From contig CAZZCJ010000001.1 in assembly GCA_964652855.1 (NCBI GenBank), positions 264,916-328,915 on the forward strand: DNA of 64,000 bases, written 5' to 3'. Origin of the DNA: an uncultured Halomonas sp. (GTDB taxonomy: Bacteria > Pseudomonadota > Gammaproteobacteria > Pseudomonadales > Halomonadaceae). The translations under genes and the position numbers were made by a program. The notes beneath the pieces are model-generated. The model had not been told where the DNA came from. It was given only the letters and a program-made list of their open reading frames with translations, and made no database searches. Below, one piece after another: positions 56,457 to 64,000 of the stretch. Positions within the stretch are counted from its first letter, which is position 1. Each line of letters starts with the position of its first letter.

Positions 56457-57529
56457 GCCCCAAGGTTCTCCAGCAGCACCGCTTCCTCACCTTCGCCGCG
56501 GGCGACGATCTCGCCGATGCGGAAGACCGACTCGCCCTGGGCCTGCAGGTGGGCGCGTGCCTGGTCGGCCTTGTCAGCGGGCACCACCACGACCATGCCG
56601 ATGCCGCAGTTGAGCACGCGATACATTTCCTGCTCCGCGACATTGCCCTGCTGCTGGAGCCAGTCGAACAGCGCGGGGCGGGTCCAGCGCTTCACGTCGA
56701 TGCGGGCGGCCAGGGTATCCGGCAGTACGCGCGGCACGTTCTCCAGCAGGCCGCCGCCGGTGATGTGCGACAGGGCGTGAACCGGCACGCCGCTCTCCTT
56801 GATCAGCGACAGCAGCGGCTTGACGTAGATGCGGGTGGGAGCAAGTAGGGCGTCGCCCAGCGGCTGGCCGTCGATGGCGGTATCCAGCGAAGCACCGCTG
56901 ACCTCGAGGATCTTGCGGATCAGCGAATAGCCATTGGAGTGCGCGCCGCTGGAGGCGATGCCCAGCAAGACGTCGCCCTCGCCGACCTTGCTGCCGTCGA
57001 GGATCTCGGCCTTCTCCACCACGCCGACGCAGAAACCGGCCAGGTCGTAGTCGCTGCCTTCGTACATGCCCGGCATCTCGGCCGTTTCCCCGCCCACCAG
57101 GGCGCAGCCCGCGCGCTCACAGCCTTCGCCAATGCCGGCGACAACGTCGGCGGCAATGTCCACGTCCAGCTTGCCCGTGGCATAGTAGTCAAGGAAGAAC
57201 AGCGGCTCGGCGCCGGCCACTACCAGGTCGTTGACGCACATGGCGACCAGGTCGATGCCGATGGTGTCATGGCGCCCCAGGTCCATGGCCAGGCGCAGCT
57301 TGGTACCCACGCCGTCGGTGCCCGAGACCAGGACGGGCTCGCGATAGCCGGAAGGCAGCTGGCACAGGGCGCCGAAGCCGCCCAGGCCGCCCATCACCTC
57401 GGGGCGCAGGGTGCGCCTGGCGACACCCTTGATGCGGTCGACCAGGGCGTTGCCGGCATCGATGTCGACGCCGGCATCCTTGTAGCTCAGCGATGCCTTG
57501 GTGCTGTCGGGAGAGGAGGAATCGGTCAT
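56453..57529 (-). CDS. purM: Phosphoribosylformylglycinamidine cyclo-ligase
   Basis: [13 protein letters not shown] and [10 protein letters not shown]. The start at 57529 (MTDSSSP...) is chosen, as the upstream part of the long ORF is non-homologous. Confidence 0.95.
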   Translation of the reverse strand: MTDSSSPDSTKASLSYKDAGVDIDAGNALVDRIKGVARRTLRPEVMGGLGGFGALCQLPSGYREPVLVSGTDGVGTKLRLAMDLGRHDTIGIDLVAMCVNDLVVAGAEPLFFLDYYATGKLDVDIAADVVAGIGEGCERAGCALVGGETAEMPGMYEGSDYDLAGFCVGVVEKAEILDGSKVGEGDVLLGIASSGAHSNGYSLIRKILEVSGASLDTAIDGQPLGDALLAPTRIYVKPLLSLIKESGVPVHALSHITGGGLLENVPRVLPDTLAARIDVKRWTRPALFDWLQQQGNVAEQEMYRVLNCGIGMVVVVPADKADQARAHLQAQGESVFRIGEIVARGEGEEAVLLENLGA

Positions 57530-57688
57530 GGCCTGTCCTGTACTGAGAAACGCATTTATTGGCTCGTTGGCTGGCGCGATGACCAGGGTGCCCAGGGGGC
57601 CGACGAGCTGTGGGCAAGTTCGGGCCGGAATTGTAGCATCACGGCGCACGGCTCGCATCGCCGTGCATATCGAACACAGGGAGGGGTG

Positions 57689-58765
57689 ATGCGTAGAGAA
57701 TGGTGGGTGCTGATCGGTGCGGTGGCCCTGGTGTGGCTGCTGTTCCAGTTGGAAACGATGCTGATGCCGTTCATTGCCGGCTTGATCCTGGCCTACCTGG
57801 CCGACCCGCTGGCCAACCGGTTCCAGCGCTGGGGAATGTCGCGGACCCTGGCCGTCAGCCTGGTGTTCCTGGTGCTCACGCTGATGCTGGTAGTGGCGCT
57901 GCTGCTGCTCATTCCTCTGGCCATCCAGCAGGCGCGCCAGTTCGGCCAGGTGATCCCCGGCATCTTCGAATGGGTCGAAACGACACTGGCACCGCAGATT
58001 CGCGGCTGGACCGGGCTGGACGTGGCCGGCGACCTCGACAACGTGCAGGAAACGCTGGGCCAGCACTGGCAGGACGCAGGCGGCTACCTGGCGCAGTTCC
58101 TCGGCCAGATCGGGCGCTCCGGTGCGGCGTTCCTGGCCTGGGTCACCTATTTCGCCCTGATCCCGGTGGTGACGTTCTACCTGCTGCTCGACTGGGAGCG
58201 GCTGCTGATCAACCTGCGTTCCTTGGTGCCGCGTCGGCTGGAGCCCGACGCCGTGCGCCTATCCCAGCGCTGCGATGAAGTCCTCTCGGCCTTCCTGCGC
58301 GGGCAGTTGCTGGTCATGCTGACGCTGGGGGCGATCTACGCCCTCGGCCTCACCGCCATGGGGCTTCGCTTTGGCCTGTTGATCGGCATGCTGGCGGGGC
58401 TGGCCAGCATCGTGCCCTTCCTCGGCTTCATTGTCGGGATCAGCGTGGCGCTGATCGTGGCCTTCTTCCAATTCGGCAGCTGGCTGGCATTGCTTGGCGT
58501 GGTGGCCGTGTTTGCCATCGGGCAAACCATCGAGAGCGTGGTCCTGCAGCCTAAGCTGCTCGGGGATCGCATCGGCCTGCATCCGGTGGCGGTCATCTTC
58601 GCCGTGCTGGCCGGGGGCAACCTGTTCGGCTTCACCGGCGTACTGCTGGCGCTGCCGGCTGCCGCCGTGATCATGGTACTCTTGCGCGAACTGAAGGATC
58701 GCTACAAGCAGAGCACGCTCTACGATGCCAGCAAGCGACCGGGTTGTGACGAGGATTCCGCATGA
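57689..58765 (+). CDS. AI-2E family transporter (PerM-like)
   Basis: 358 aa and polytopic. A GGGAGG RBS precedes the ATG at 57689. The C-terminal [28 protein letters not shown] pattern is typical of the family. Confidence 0.85.
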   Translation: MRREWWVLIGAVALVWLLFQLETMLMPFIAGLILAYLADPLANRFQRWGMSRTLAVSLVFLVLTLMLVVALLLLIPLAIQQARQFGQVIPGIFEWVETTLAPQIRGWTGLDVAGDLDNVQETLGQHWQDAGGYLAQFLGQIGRSGAAFLAWVTYFALIPVVTFYLLLDWERLLINLRSLVPRRLEPDAVRLSQRCDEVLSAFLRGQLLVMLTLGAIYALGLTAMGLRFGLLIGMLAGLASIVPFLGFIVGISVALIVAFFQFGSWLALLGVVAVFAIGQTIESVVLQPKLLGDRIGLHPVAVIFAVLAGGNLFGFTGVLLALPAAAVIMVLLRELKDRYKQSTLYDASKRPGCDEDSA

Positions 58766-59463
58766 GTCGAGCGCCGGCGCAGCTGCCCCTGGGGGTCGGG
58801 CTGCGTGACGATGCCACCTTCGACAGCTTTCTGCCGGCGGCCAACGCCAGCCTGGTGGAACGTCTCTCGCGCCAGTGGGAAGCCGACGGCGAACCCTTCC
58901 TCTACCTGTGGGGTGCGCCCGGCAGTGGACGCAGCCACCTGCTGCAGGCCGCCTGCCATGCGGCTTCGGATCGCGACAAGCGGGCCCTTTACCTGCCCCT
59001 GCGTGACCTGGGGCACTTCCCTCCGCTGATGCTGGAAGATGCCGAACGGCTCGACCTGGTGGCAATCGACGACATCGACAGCGTGATGGGGCGGCGGCGC
59101 TGGGAGGAGGGGCTGTTCCATGCCTTCAACCGGCTGCGCGATGCCGGCAAGCGACTGGTGGTGTCGGCCGACGCCGCACCGCGACAGCTGCCGGTGACGC
59201 TACCTGACCTGGCCTCGCGGCTGACCTGGGGGGTGACCTTCCATCTGCAGCGGCTCGACGACGGCGAGCGCCTCCAGGCCCTTCAGCTGCGCGCCCGGGT
59301 CCGGGGCATGCAGTTGACCGACGAGGTGGCGCGCTACATCCTGCATCGCGGCTCACGTCGTCTCGATGAGCTGTTCGAGGCGCTGGCCGAGCTAGACCGA
59401 GCGTCGCTCTCCGCCCAGCGCAAGCTGACGATTCCCTTCGTCAAGCAGGCGCTGGGCTGGTAG
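58762..59463 (+). CDS. hda: DnaA regulatory inactivator Hda
   Basis: QLPLGVGLRDDATFDSF and LYLWGAPGSGRSHLLQA. 233 aa. It overlaps the upstream stop. Confidence 0.9.
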   Translation: MSRAPAQLPLGVGLRDDATFDSFLPAANASLVERLSRQWEADGEPFLYLWGAPGSGRSHLLQAACHAASDRDKRALYLPLRDLGHFPPLMLEDAERLDLVAIDDIDSVMGRRRWEEGLFHAFNRLRDAGKRLVVSADAAPRQLPVTLPDLASRLTWGVTFHLQRLDDGERLQALQLRARVRGMQLTDEVARYILHRGSRRLDELFEALAELDRASLSAQRKLTIPFVKQALGW

Positions 59464-59467
59464 CGCC

Positions 59468-60019
59468 TTACCGGCTGAGGTTGACCTCGAGGCGCTGGCC
59501 GTTGCGCAGCGAGACCTGGCGCAAGATCACCTGGCGCTGGCCGTTGGCCGGGTTGACCATGCTGCCCGATACGTAGAATTCCCCCGGTGGCAGGCCCTGC
59601 AGCGAAAAGTGGCCGCTGCCGTCGGTGCGCGCATTGTGGGTGTAGGCCTGCGCACGCGGGTCGGCGCGCTCCACGGCGCGCCCTGCCAGGGCGTGTTCGG
59701 CGGCCTCGGCCGAATAGGTGGTGACGGGAGCCACCGATATCGTCTCGTTGCCGCCAGGCGTGCCGTTGAGGCTGAGCCGCCCGCTGAGCGAAGCGGTGCC
59801 CGACTGGGGTAGTGCGGCGTATTCCGCTGCGGGAAAGGCGACCTGCCGAGCCACCCGGCCCGGCTCGGGCGCCGGTGCGCGCGCCGAAGGATCGACCTGC
59901 GGTGTATCCGGTTCGCTGATATCGATGACTTCGATCCGCTCGGGGGGCGGACCCGGCTCGATCATTTGACAACCGGCAAGCGTCAGGCCCAGCAGGGCCG
60001 GAATGATCCAGGCTTTCAT
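59468..60019 (-). CDS. Lipoprotein with carboxypeptidase-regulatory-like (Ig-like) domain
   Basis: Lipobox LTLAGC. The C-terminal half has GHFSLQGLPPGEFYVSG, typical of CarboxypepD_reg-like domains. Confidence 0.6.
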   Translation of the reverse strand: MKAWIIPALLGLTLAGCQMIEPGPPPERIEVIDISEPDTPQVDPSARAPAPEPGRVARQVAFPAAEYAALPQSGTASLSGRLSLNGTPGGNETISVAPVTTYSAEAAEHALAGRAVERADPRAQAYTHNARTDGSGHFSLQGLPPGEFYVSGSMVNPANGQRQVILRQVSLRNGQRLEVNLSR

Positions 60020-60096
60020 GTCTTGCGTCCTTATGGCTTTGCCCGTGCCGCTACGAGAATAAACGATGAACGCGTCACGGCGACACCCCGGGGCCT

Positions 60097-60138
60097 GAAA
60101 AGCGCAGCCCCCGGCGAGCAGGGCTCGCCGGGGGCTGC
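60097..60138 (-). terminator. Phasin gene rho-independent terminator
   Basis: A 16-bp stem GCAGCCCCCGGCGAGC / GCTCGCCGGGGGCTGC, followed by TTTT on the minus strand. Confidence 0.8.
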
Positions 60139-60169
60139 TGTGTGAAGCGGAGGCCGTAAGGCCATCGGC

Positions 60170-60544
60170 TCACTTGGCCGGGGAAGCGGTCTGCGCCTGC
60201 TTCAGGTTGCTTTCCGCCAGCTTCTGGCTCTGCTGGAAGAAATCCTGGTTCAGGGCAACGACTTTCTCGGCATCGCCCTTGAAGCGCTCGCCAAGATCCT
60301 TGGCGACCTGCTGCTGACCTTCCAGGTAGCTGCGCAGGCCGGCGGCATCCTGGATGTTCAGCAGGCCACGCAGTTGGGCCAGGCTGGCGTCGGCATAGGC
60401 CTTGGTGGCTTCGTACTGGGCGTTGACCAGCTTTTCGGTGTAATCGACCGACAGCGAGGCATAGGCACGGGCCGGCCCGGTGAAGAGGGAGTCGAGCTGC
60501 TTGGTATCGAAGCTGAAGGCGTTGAAGTTGAAAGCGTTGCTCAT
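60170..60544 (-). CDS. phaP: Phasin family (PHA granule-associated) protein
   Basis: 124 aa, helical: FDTKQLDSLFTGPARAYASLSVDYTEKLVNAQ... is typical of phasins. Confidence 0.75.
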   Translation of the reverse strand: MSNAFNFNAFSFDTKQLDSLFTGPARAYASLSVDYTEKLVNAQYEATKAYADASLAQLRGLLNIQDAAGLRSYLEGQQQVAKDLGERFKGDAEKVVALNQDFFQQSQKLAESNLKQAQTASPAK

Positions 60545-60684
60545 GGCGGAAATCTCCGTGGTCTCTAGCGTGCTGAGCGGTGATTCCGCTCCCTTGTTGG
60601 CAACCTATCAAAGCCATTGCTGCGCTGCAACAATTTTTTCGTGTCGATCTGTGGCACGGATTTCTTGCGGCCATGAGCCTGCCT

Positions 60685-61668
60685 TCAGGCCATGATTTCG
60701 ATGCGATTGCGCCCGTTGCGCTTGGCCTGGAACATCAGCTGGTCGGCGCGACGAATCAGGTCGTCGACGAACTTGTCGCCTGGCCGCAGGGAGGCGATGC
60801 CGATACTGATGGTTAGCCCGCTGGATCGGCGCAGGGTGTTGCGCAGCCGCTCGGCTATCTCGCGCGCGCCGTCGGCCTGTGTCTCGGGCATGAGAATCAG
60901 GAATTCATCGCCGCCGTAGCGTCCGACCAGGTCGCTCTCGCGCACGCTGGTGCGGATCGAGCGCGAGACATCGCTCAGCGCCTGGTCGCCGGCCGGGTGG
61001 CCCCGCTCGTCGTTGATTCCCTTGAAGTTGTCGATGTCGAGCATCATCAGGCACAGCGAGAGGTTGTACCGGTAGGCGCGGCGGAGCTCGACCTCGGCCA
61101 GTTCCATGAAATGCCGGCGATTGAAGGTGTCGGTGAGGTGGTCGTGCGTGGCCAGGTGCTTCAGCTTCTGGTTGGCCGCCATCAGCTCGGCGGTGCGTTC
61201 GATCACGCGGCGCTCCAGCGCTTCGTCTTCCCTGAGGCTGGCCTGCGTGGCTTCCTTGGAGATACCGAACAGGTGGGTGACCTGGCCCGACGAGCCGGTG
61301 AGCGGGATCAGTAGCGTCTGCCACAGCCCTTGGCGCTGGCTCCCATCCGGGTCCAGGCTTTCGCCTTCTTCTTCATAGCGCAACGGGGCCCGCGTCTCGA
61401 CGCAGCGGGTGAAATAGGCGGTGATTCGGCTGCAGGTCGGGGTCGGAAGCACTTTCTCGATGCGTTCGCCGATGCAGGCGGCATCGTCGCGCAGCGTGGC
61501 CAGGCGAGTCGGGTTCACGGCTTCGACGATATACTCGTCGGGTCCTTCCACCCGTACGATGAACATATGCTCGGGGCAGTATTCCCAAAGGCTGCGCAGC
61601 AGCATCATGCCGGCGTTGGCATTGATCCTGTCCAGAAAGTGAGACGCCATCAAGGATGACGTAATCAT
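60685..61668 (-). CDS. PAS-domain diguanylate cyclase (GGDEF)
   Basis: The RYGGDEFLILM active site and an RxxD-like I-site context. A GGAGGG RBS precedes the ATG at 61668. Confidence 0.9.
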   Translation of the reverse strand: MITSSLMASHFLDRINANAGMMLLRSLWEYCPEHMFIVRVEGPDEYIVEAVNPTRLATLRDDAACIGERIEKVLPTPTCSRITAYFTRCVETRAPLRYEEEGESLDPDGSQRQGLWQTLLIPLTGSSGQVTHLFGISKEATQASLREDEALERRVIERTAELMAANQKLKHLATHDHLTDTFNRRHFMELAEVELRRAYRYNLSLCLMMLDIDNFKGINDERGHPAGDQALSDVSRSIRTSVRESDLVGRYGGDEFLILMPETQADGAREIAERLRNTLRRSSGLTISIGIASLRPGDKFVDDLIRRADQLMFQAKRNGRNRIEIMA

Positions 61669-61939
61669 CTGATATCCCTCCGTAAGTCCTTTTATACGAC
61701 AAGCTCCGTTCGCCCAGCCCTGCCTGGCCTGCTTGCTCTTCATTTATTGTATCGCGACGCAGCATAACCTTAGTTTGGCGAAGGTCTTGCTGCAGCATGG
61801 TTTTTTTCATTCGGTTCCTGGTTGGTTACAAAGCCTGCGCGCCTTTTCGGCATGGCGCATCTCAGCCGGCGGGATGGAGGTGCTTTTCTATACTCAGGAC
61901 AGTCACTAAGTGAAATGAAGCGGAAACGGCGGACCATGC

Positions 61940-62689
61940 ATGAACGGGCAGTCACGGGATTTTTCCTCCGCCAGCTGCAGCTCCTGCTTCCTCAGCGCCT
62001 TGTGCCTCGCACAAGGGCTGACGCACCAGGAATCGGCGCAGCTGGATGCGATCGTTCCTGCGCCACTCCGGCTAGAGAGGGGGCAGGTGCTGGTGCGCCA
62101 GAACGATTCGTTCACCAGCCTCTTCGCCGTGCGTTCCGGCAGCCTCAAGCAGGTGACCGTCACGGACTGCACGGAAATGCTGGTCACGGCCCTGTGCCTG
62201 CCCGGTGACATGGTCGGATTCGACGCCATAGGGACCGAGCGCATCGCGGGTGACGTGGTGGCGCTGGAAACCACTACGCTCTGCGAGTTCCCCTTCGCCG
62301 AGCTGGATGCCTTGTGCAGTCGCATCCCCGCGCTGCGCAGGCGCCTGATGGCCAACCTCAGCCAGGCCATGCATGAAGAGCGCCAGCGGCTGCATCTGCT
62401 GCTGAGCAAGAAGGCCGAGGTGCGCTTGGCCTGCTTCCTGCTGGCCGTCTCCGAGCGCTTTCGCCAGCGCGGCTACTCGTCGCGGCATTTCCGCCTCCCC
62501 ATCTCCCGTGGCGAAATGGGCAACTACCTGGGCCTGACCCATGAAACCGTCGGCCGCACGCTGACGGCGCTCCAGGCCAGCCGGTTGCTCAGCGTGCGCG
62601 GGCGTGACTATCACCTGCTGGACCTCGAGCGGCTGGCGCAGCTGGCGGAATCCACCGGGCGGCGCCAGCGTCGTTCCGATGGTTCTTAG
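61940..62689 (+). CDS. fnr: FNR/ANR-type Crp-family oxygen-sensing regulator
   Basis: An N-terminal Cys cluster CSSCFLSALC (C-x2-C-x5-C), a cNMP-like barrel, and a C-terminal HTH (EMGNYLGLTHETVGRTL). Confidence 0.9.
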   Translation: MNGQSRDFSSASCSSCFLSALCLAQGLTHQESAQLDAIVPAPLRLERGQVLVRQNDSFTSLFAVRSGSLKQVTVTDCTEMLVTALCLPGDMVGFDAIGTERIAGDVVALETTTLCEFPFAELDALCSRIPALRRRLMANLSQAMHEERQRLHLLLSKKAEVRLACFLLAVSERFRQRGYSSRHFRLPISRGEMGNYLGLTHETVGRTLTALQASRLLSVRGRDYHLLDLERLAQLAESTGRRQRRSDGS

Positions 62690-63183
62690 CCGGCGTTGCG
62701 GCGCAGGGCGACGCCGTTGCGCTGCTCGATGAACTCGAGCATCACGCGCGCTTCGCTCTCTTTCTGCTGTGCGATGAGCAGGAACGGGCGATGCAGCTCA
62801 GGCGTGGCATTGGTGTCGCTGAGCCATTGAAAGAAGTGGTGCGTCTCGATGGCTGCGCCGAGCGCCTGCTGCAGCACCTGCTCGCCCATGATCTCGTCGA
62901 CGATGAAGGCGTGGCGGTGCGTCATGGCAAAGCTGCCCGAATCGCGTGCCTTCTCTTCCACGCAGGCGCCCAACGCCATGTCGTGGGCAACGTCGCACAG
63001 TGCCTTCAGGCGCTGCTCGCACTGGTTGCCCAGTGACGCCATAAGCTGGCTGGCTTGGGGCATCGCCGGCAGGAAGCTGAGGGAGAGGCGGCGATAGCGT
63101 TGCAGTTCGCCGGTTTCATGGGAGTGGGCGAGGGTGAGCTGTTCCTGGGGCAGGAGCGTGAGTGCGAGGGTCGTAGGTATCAT
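62686..63183 (-). CDS. Hypothetical protein, 165 aa
   Basis: Clean ORF with normal composition. I recognise no family. Its stop overlaps the fnr stop (TTAG). Confidence 0.55.
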   Translation of the reverse strand: MIPTTLALTLLPQEQLTLAHSHETGELQRYRRLSLSFLPAMPQASQLMASLGNQCEQRLKALCDVAHDMALGACVEEKARDSGSFAMTHRHAFIVDEIMGEQVLQQALGAAIETHHFFQWLSDTNATPELHRPFLLIAQQKESEARVMLEFIEQRNGVALRRNAG

Positions 63184-63339
63184 GACAAGGTCCGCTGTCG
63201 TTGTTCTGGCCGTCCGGCCTTCATTGTGTACCCGCCGCCTCTGGTGGCGCCGGGCGAAGGCATAGTAAGCAACTCGCTGCGCTGCGCGCGACGATAATTG
63301 TCAATTCCCCGGCTGATACCAACCTATCGAATGGCAAAC

Positions 63340-63353
63340 TTGATATTGATCAA
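63340..63353. promoter_or_regulatory. Perfect FNR/ANR box
   Basis: TTGATATTGATCAA equals the consensus TTGAT-N4-ATCAA. It is centred about 114 nt upstream of the fumC ATG and about 163 nt upstream of the divergent orphan gene. Confidence 0.7.
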
Positions 63354-63460
63354 ACTGTGTGCTGCGCGTGCCTGTCGCCCGAGTGCGAGTGGGGAGGGCT
63401 TGCAAGGCTCGGGGCGAGCCACCATGGTGAAAGGCAACGAGTGGCAGACGAGGGAACGAC

Positions 63461-64000
63461 ATGAGCGACTTTCGTAGCGAACGCGACAGCATGGGCGAGC
63501 TGCGCGTGCCCGCCCAGGCACTCTACGGCGCCCAGACGCAGCGGGCGGTGGAGAACTTCCCGGTCTCGGGGCAGCCCATGCCGACGGCGTTCATCCACGC
63601 CATCGCGCGCATCAAGCTGGCTGCGGCCAGGGTCAACCAGGCGCTTGGCCTGCTCGATGACGAGCGTGCCGCGGCCATCACGCAGGCTGCCCAGGCCATC
63701 ATCGACGGCAGGCATGATGACCAGTTCCCGGTGGACGTTTTCCAGACCGGATCAGGCACCTCCAGCAATATGAACGTCAATGAAGTGGTGGCCCACCTGG
63801 CCAGCCGCGAGGGGCTCGCCGTCGGCCCCAACGATCACGTCAACATGGGGCAGTCGAGCAATGATGTCATCCCGACCGCCATCCACCTGTCCGCGGCGCT
63901 GGAAGTCTCCCACCGGTTGCGCCCGGCGCTGGTGCAACTGCGGGCCACCATCGACGAGCGCGCCGTGGAGCTCGACCACGTGGTGAAGACCGGGCGCACC
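63461..64000 (+). CDS. fumC: Class II fumarate hydratase (3' end outside window)
   Basis: [46 protein letters not shown] and [11 protein letters not shown] motifs of the fumarase/aspartase family. It is open to the window end. Confidence 0.8.
   Translation, partial: MSDFRSERDSMGELRVPAQALYGAQTQRAVENFPVSGQPMPTAFIHAIARIKLAAARVNQALGLLDDERAAAITQAAQAIIDGRHDDQFPVDVFQTGSGTSSNMNVNEVVAHLASREGLAVGPNDHVNMGQSSNDVIPTAIHLSAALEVSHRLRPALVQLRATIDERAVELDHVVKTGRT

Overview
This is a high-G+C gammaproteobacterial chromosome segment. Sampled 60-nt lines run about 65-70 % G+C. The gene content looks Halomonadaceae-like, but that is inference only. About 60 well-supported protein genes are densely packed, often with overlapping start and stop codons. 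I recognised no rRNA, tRNA, CRISPR array, transposase or integrase. In window order: a 5'-truncated HDAC-family gene, ridA, a DUF4105 membrane protein, trmJ, groES-groEL with a textbook sigma32 promoter, fxsA, an SDR, comEA, and phhAB with divergent phhR. Next come a RecQ-family helicase and a four-gene SMC/Toprim operon at 13299-19788. Then an MTH1187-family gene, argP/argO, hpd, an NSS transporter, a DcuS/CitA-type two-component pair with tctCBA, urtABCDE, a secreted NTF2-like protein, and ureDABCEFG-ureJ. After that is a six-gene operon at 44133-49764 (LapA-like, CHASE3 kinase, receiver, YaiO porin, HEAT-repeat protein, processive GT2 synthase). The remainder is yihY, a serine hydrolase, a lipoprotein, a coiled-coil membrane protein, apbC, dcd, purMN, an AI-2E transporter, hda, a phasin, a GGDEF protein, fnr, an orphan gene and the 5' part of fumC. 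The main candidate for an undescribed system is the 13.3-19.8 kb operon. It encodes a 1225-aa MukB/SMC-like ABC ATPase, two small translationally coupled subunits of MksE/JetB-like and MksF/JetA-like size, and a short Toprim protein with a JetD/MksG-like E...DxD core. This resembles Wadjet/MksBEFG, but the gene order is permuted (ATPase first), the ATPase motifs are atypical and the nuclease subunit is short. A second candidate is the YaiO/HEAT/GT2 exopolysaccharide-type operon, whose 5' part has markedly lower G+C. All family assignments come from motif recognition by eye, because no searches could be run.
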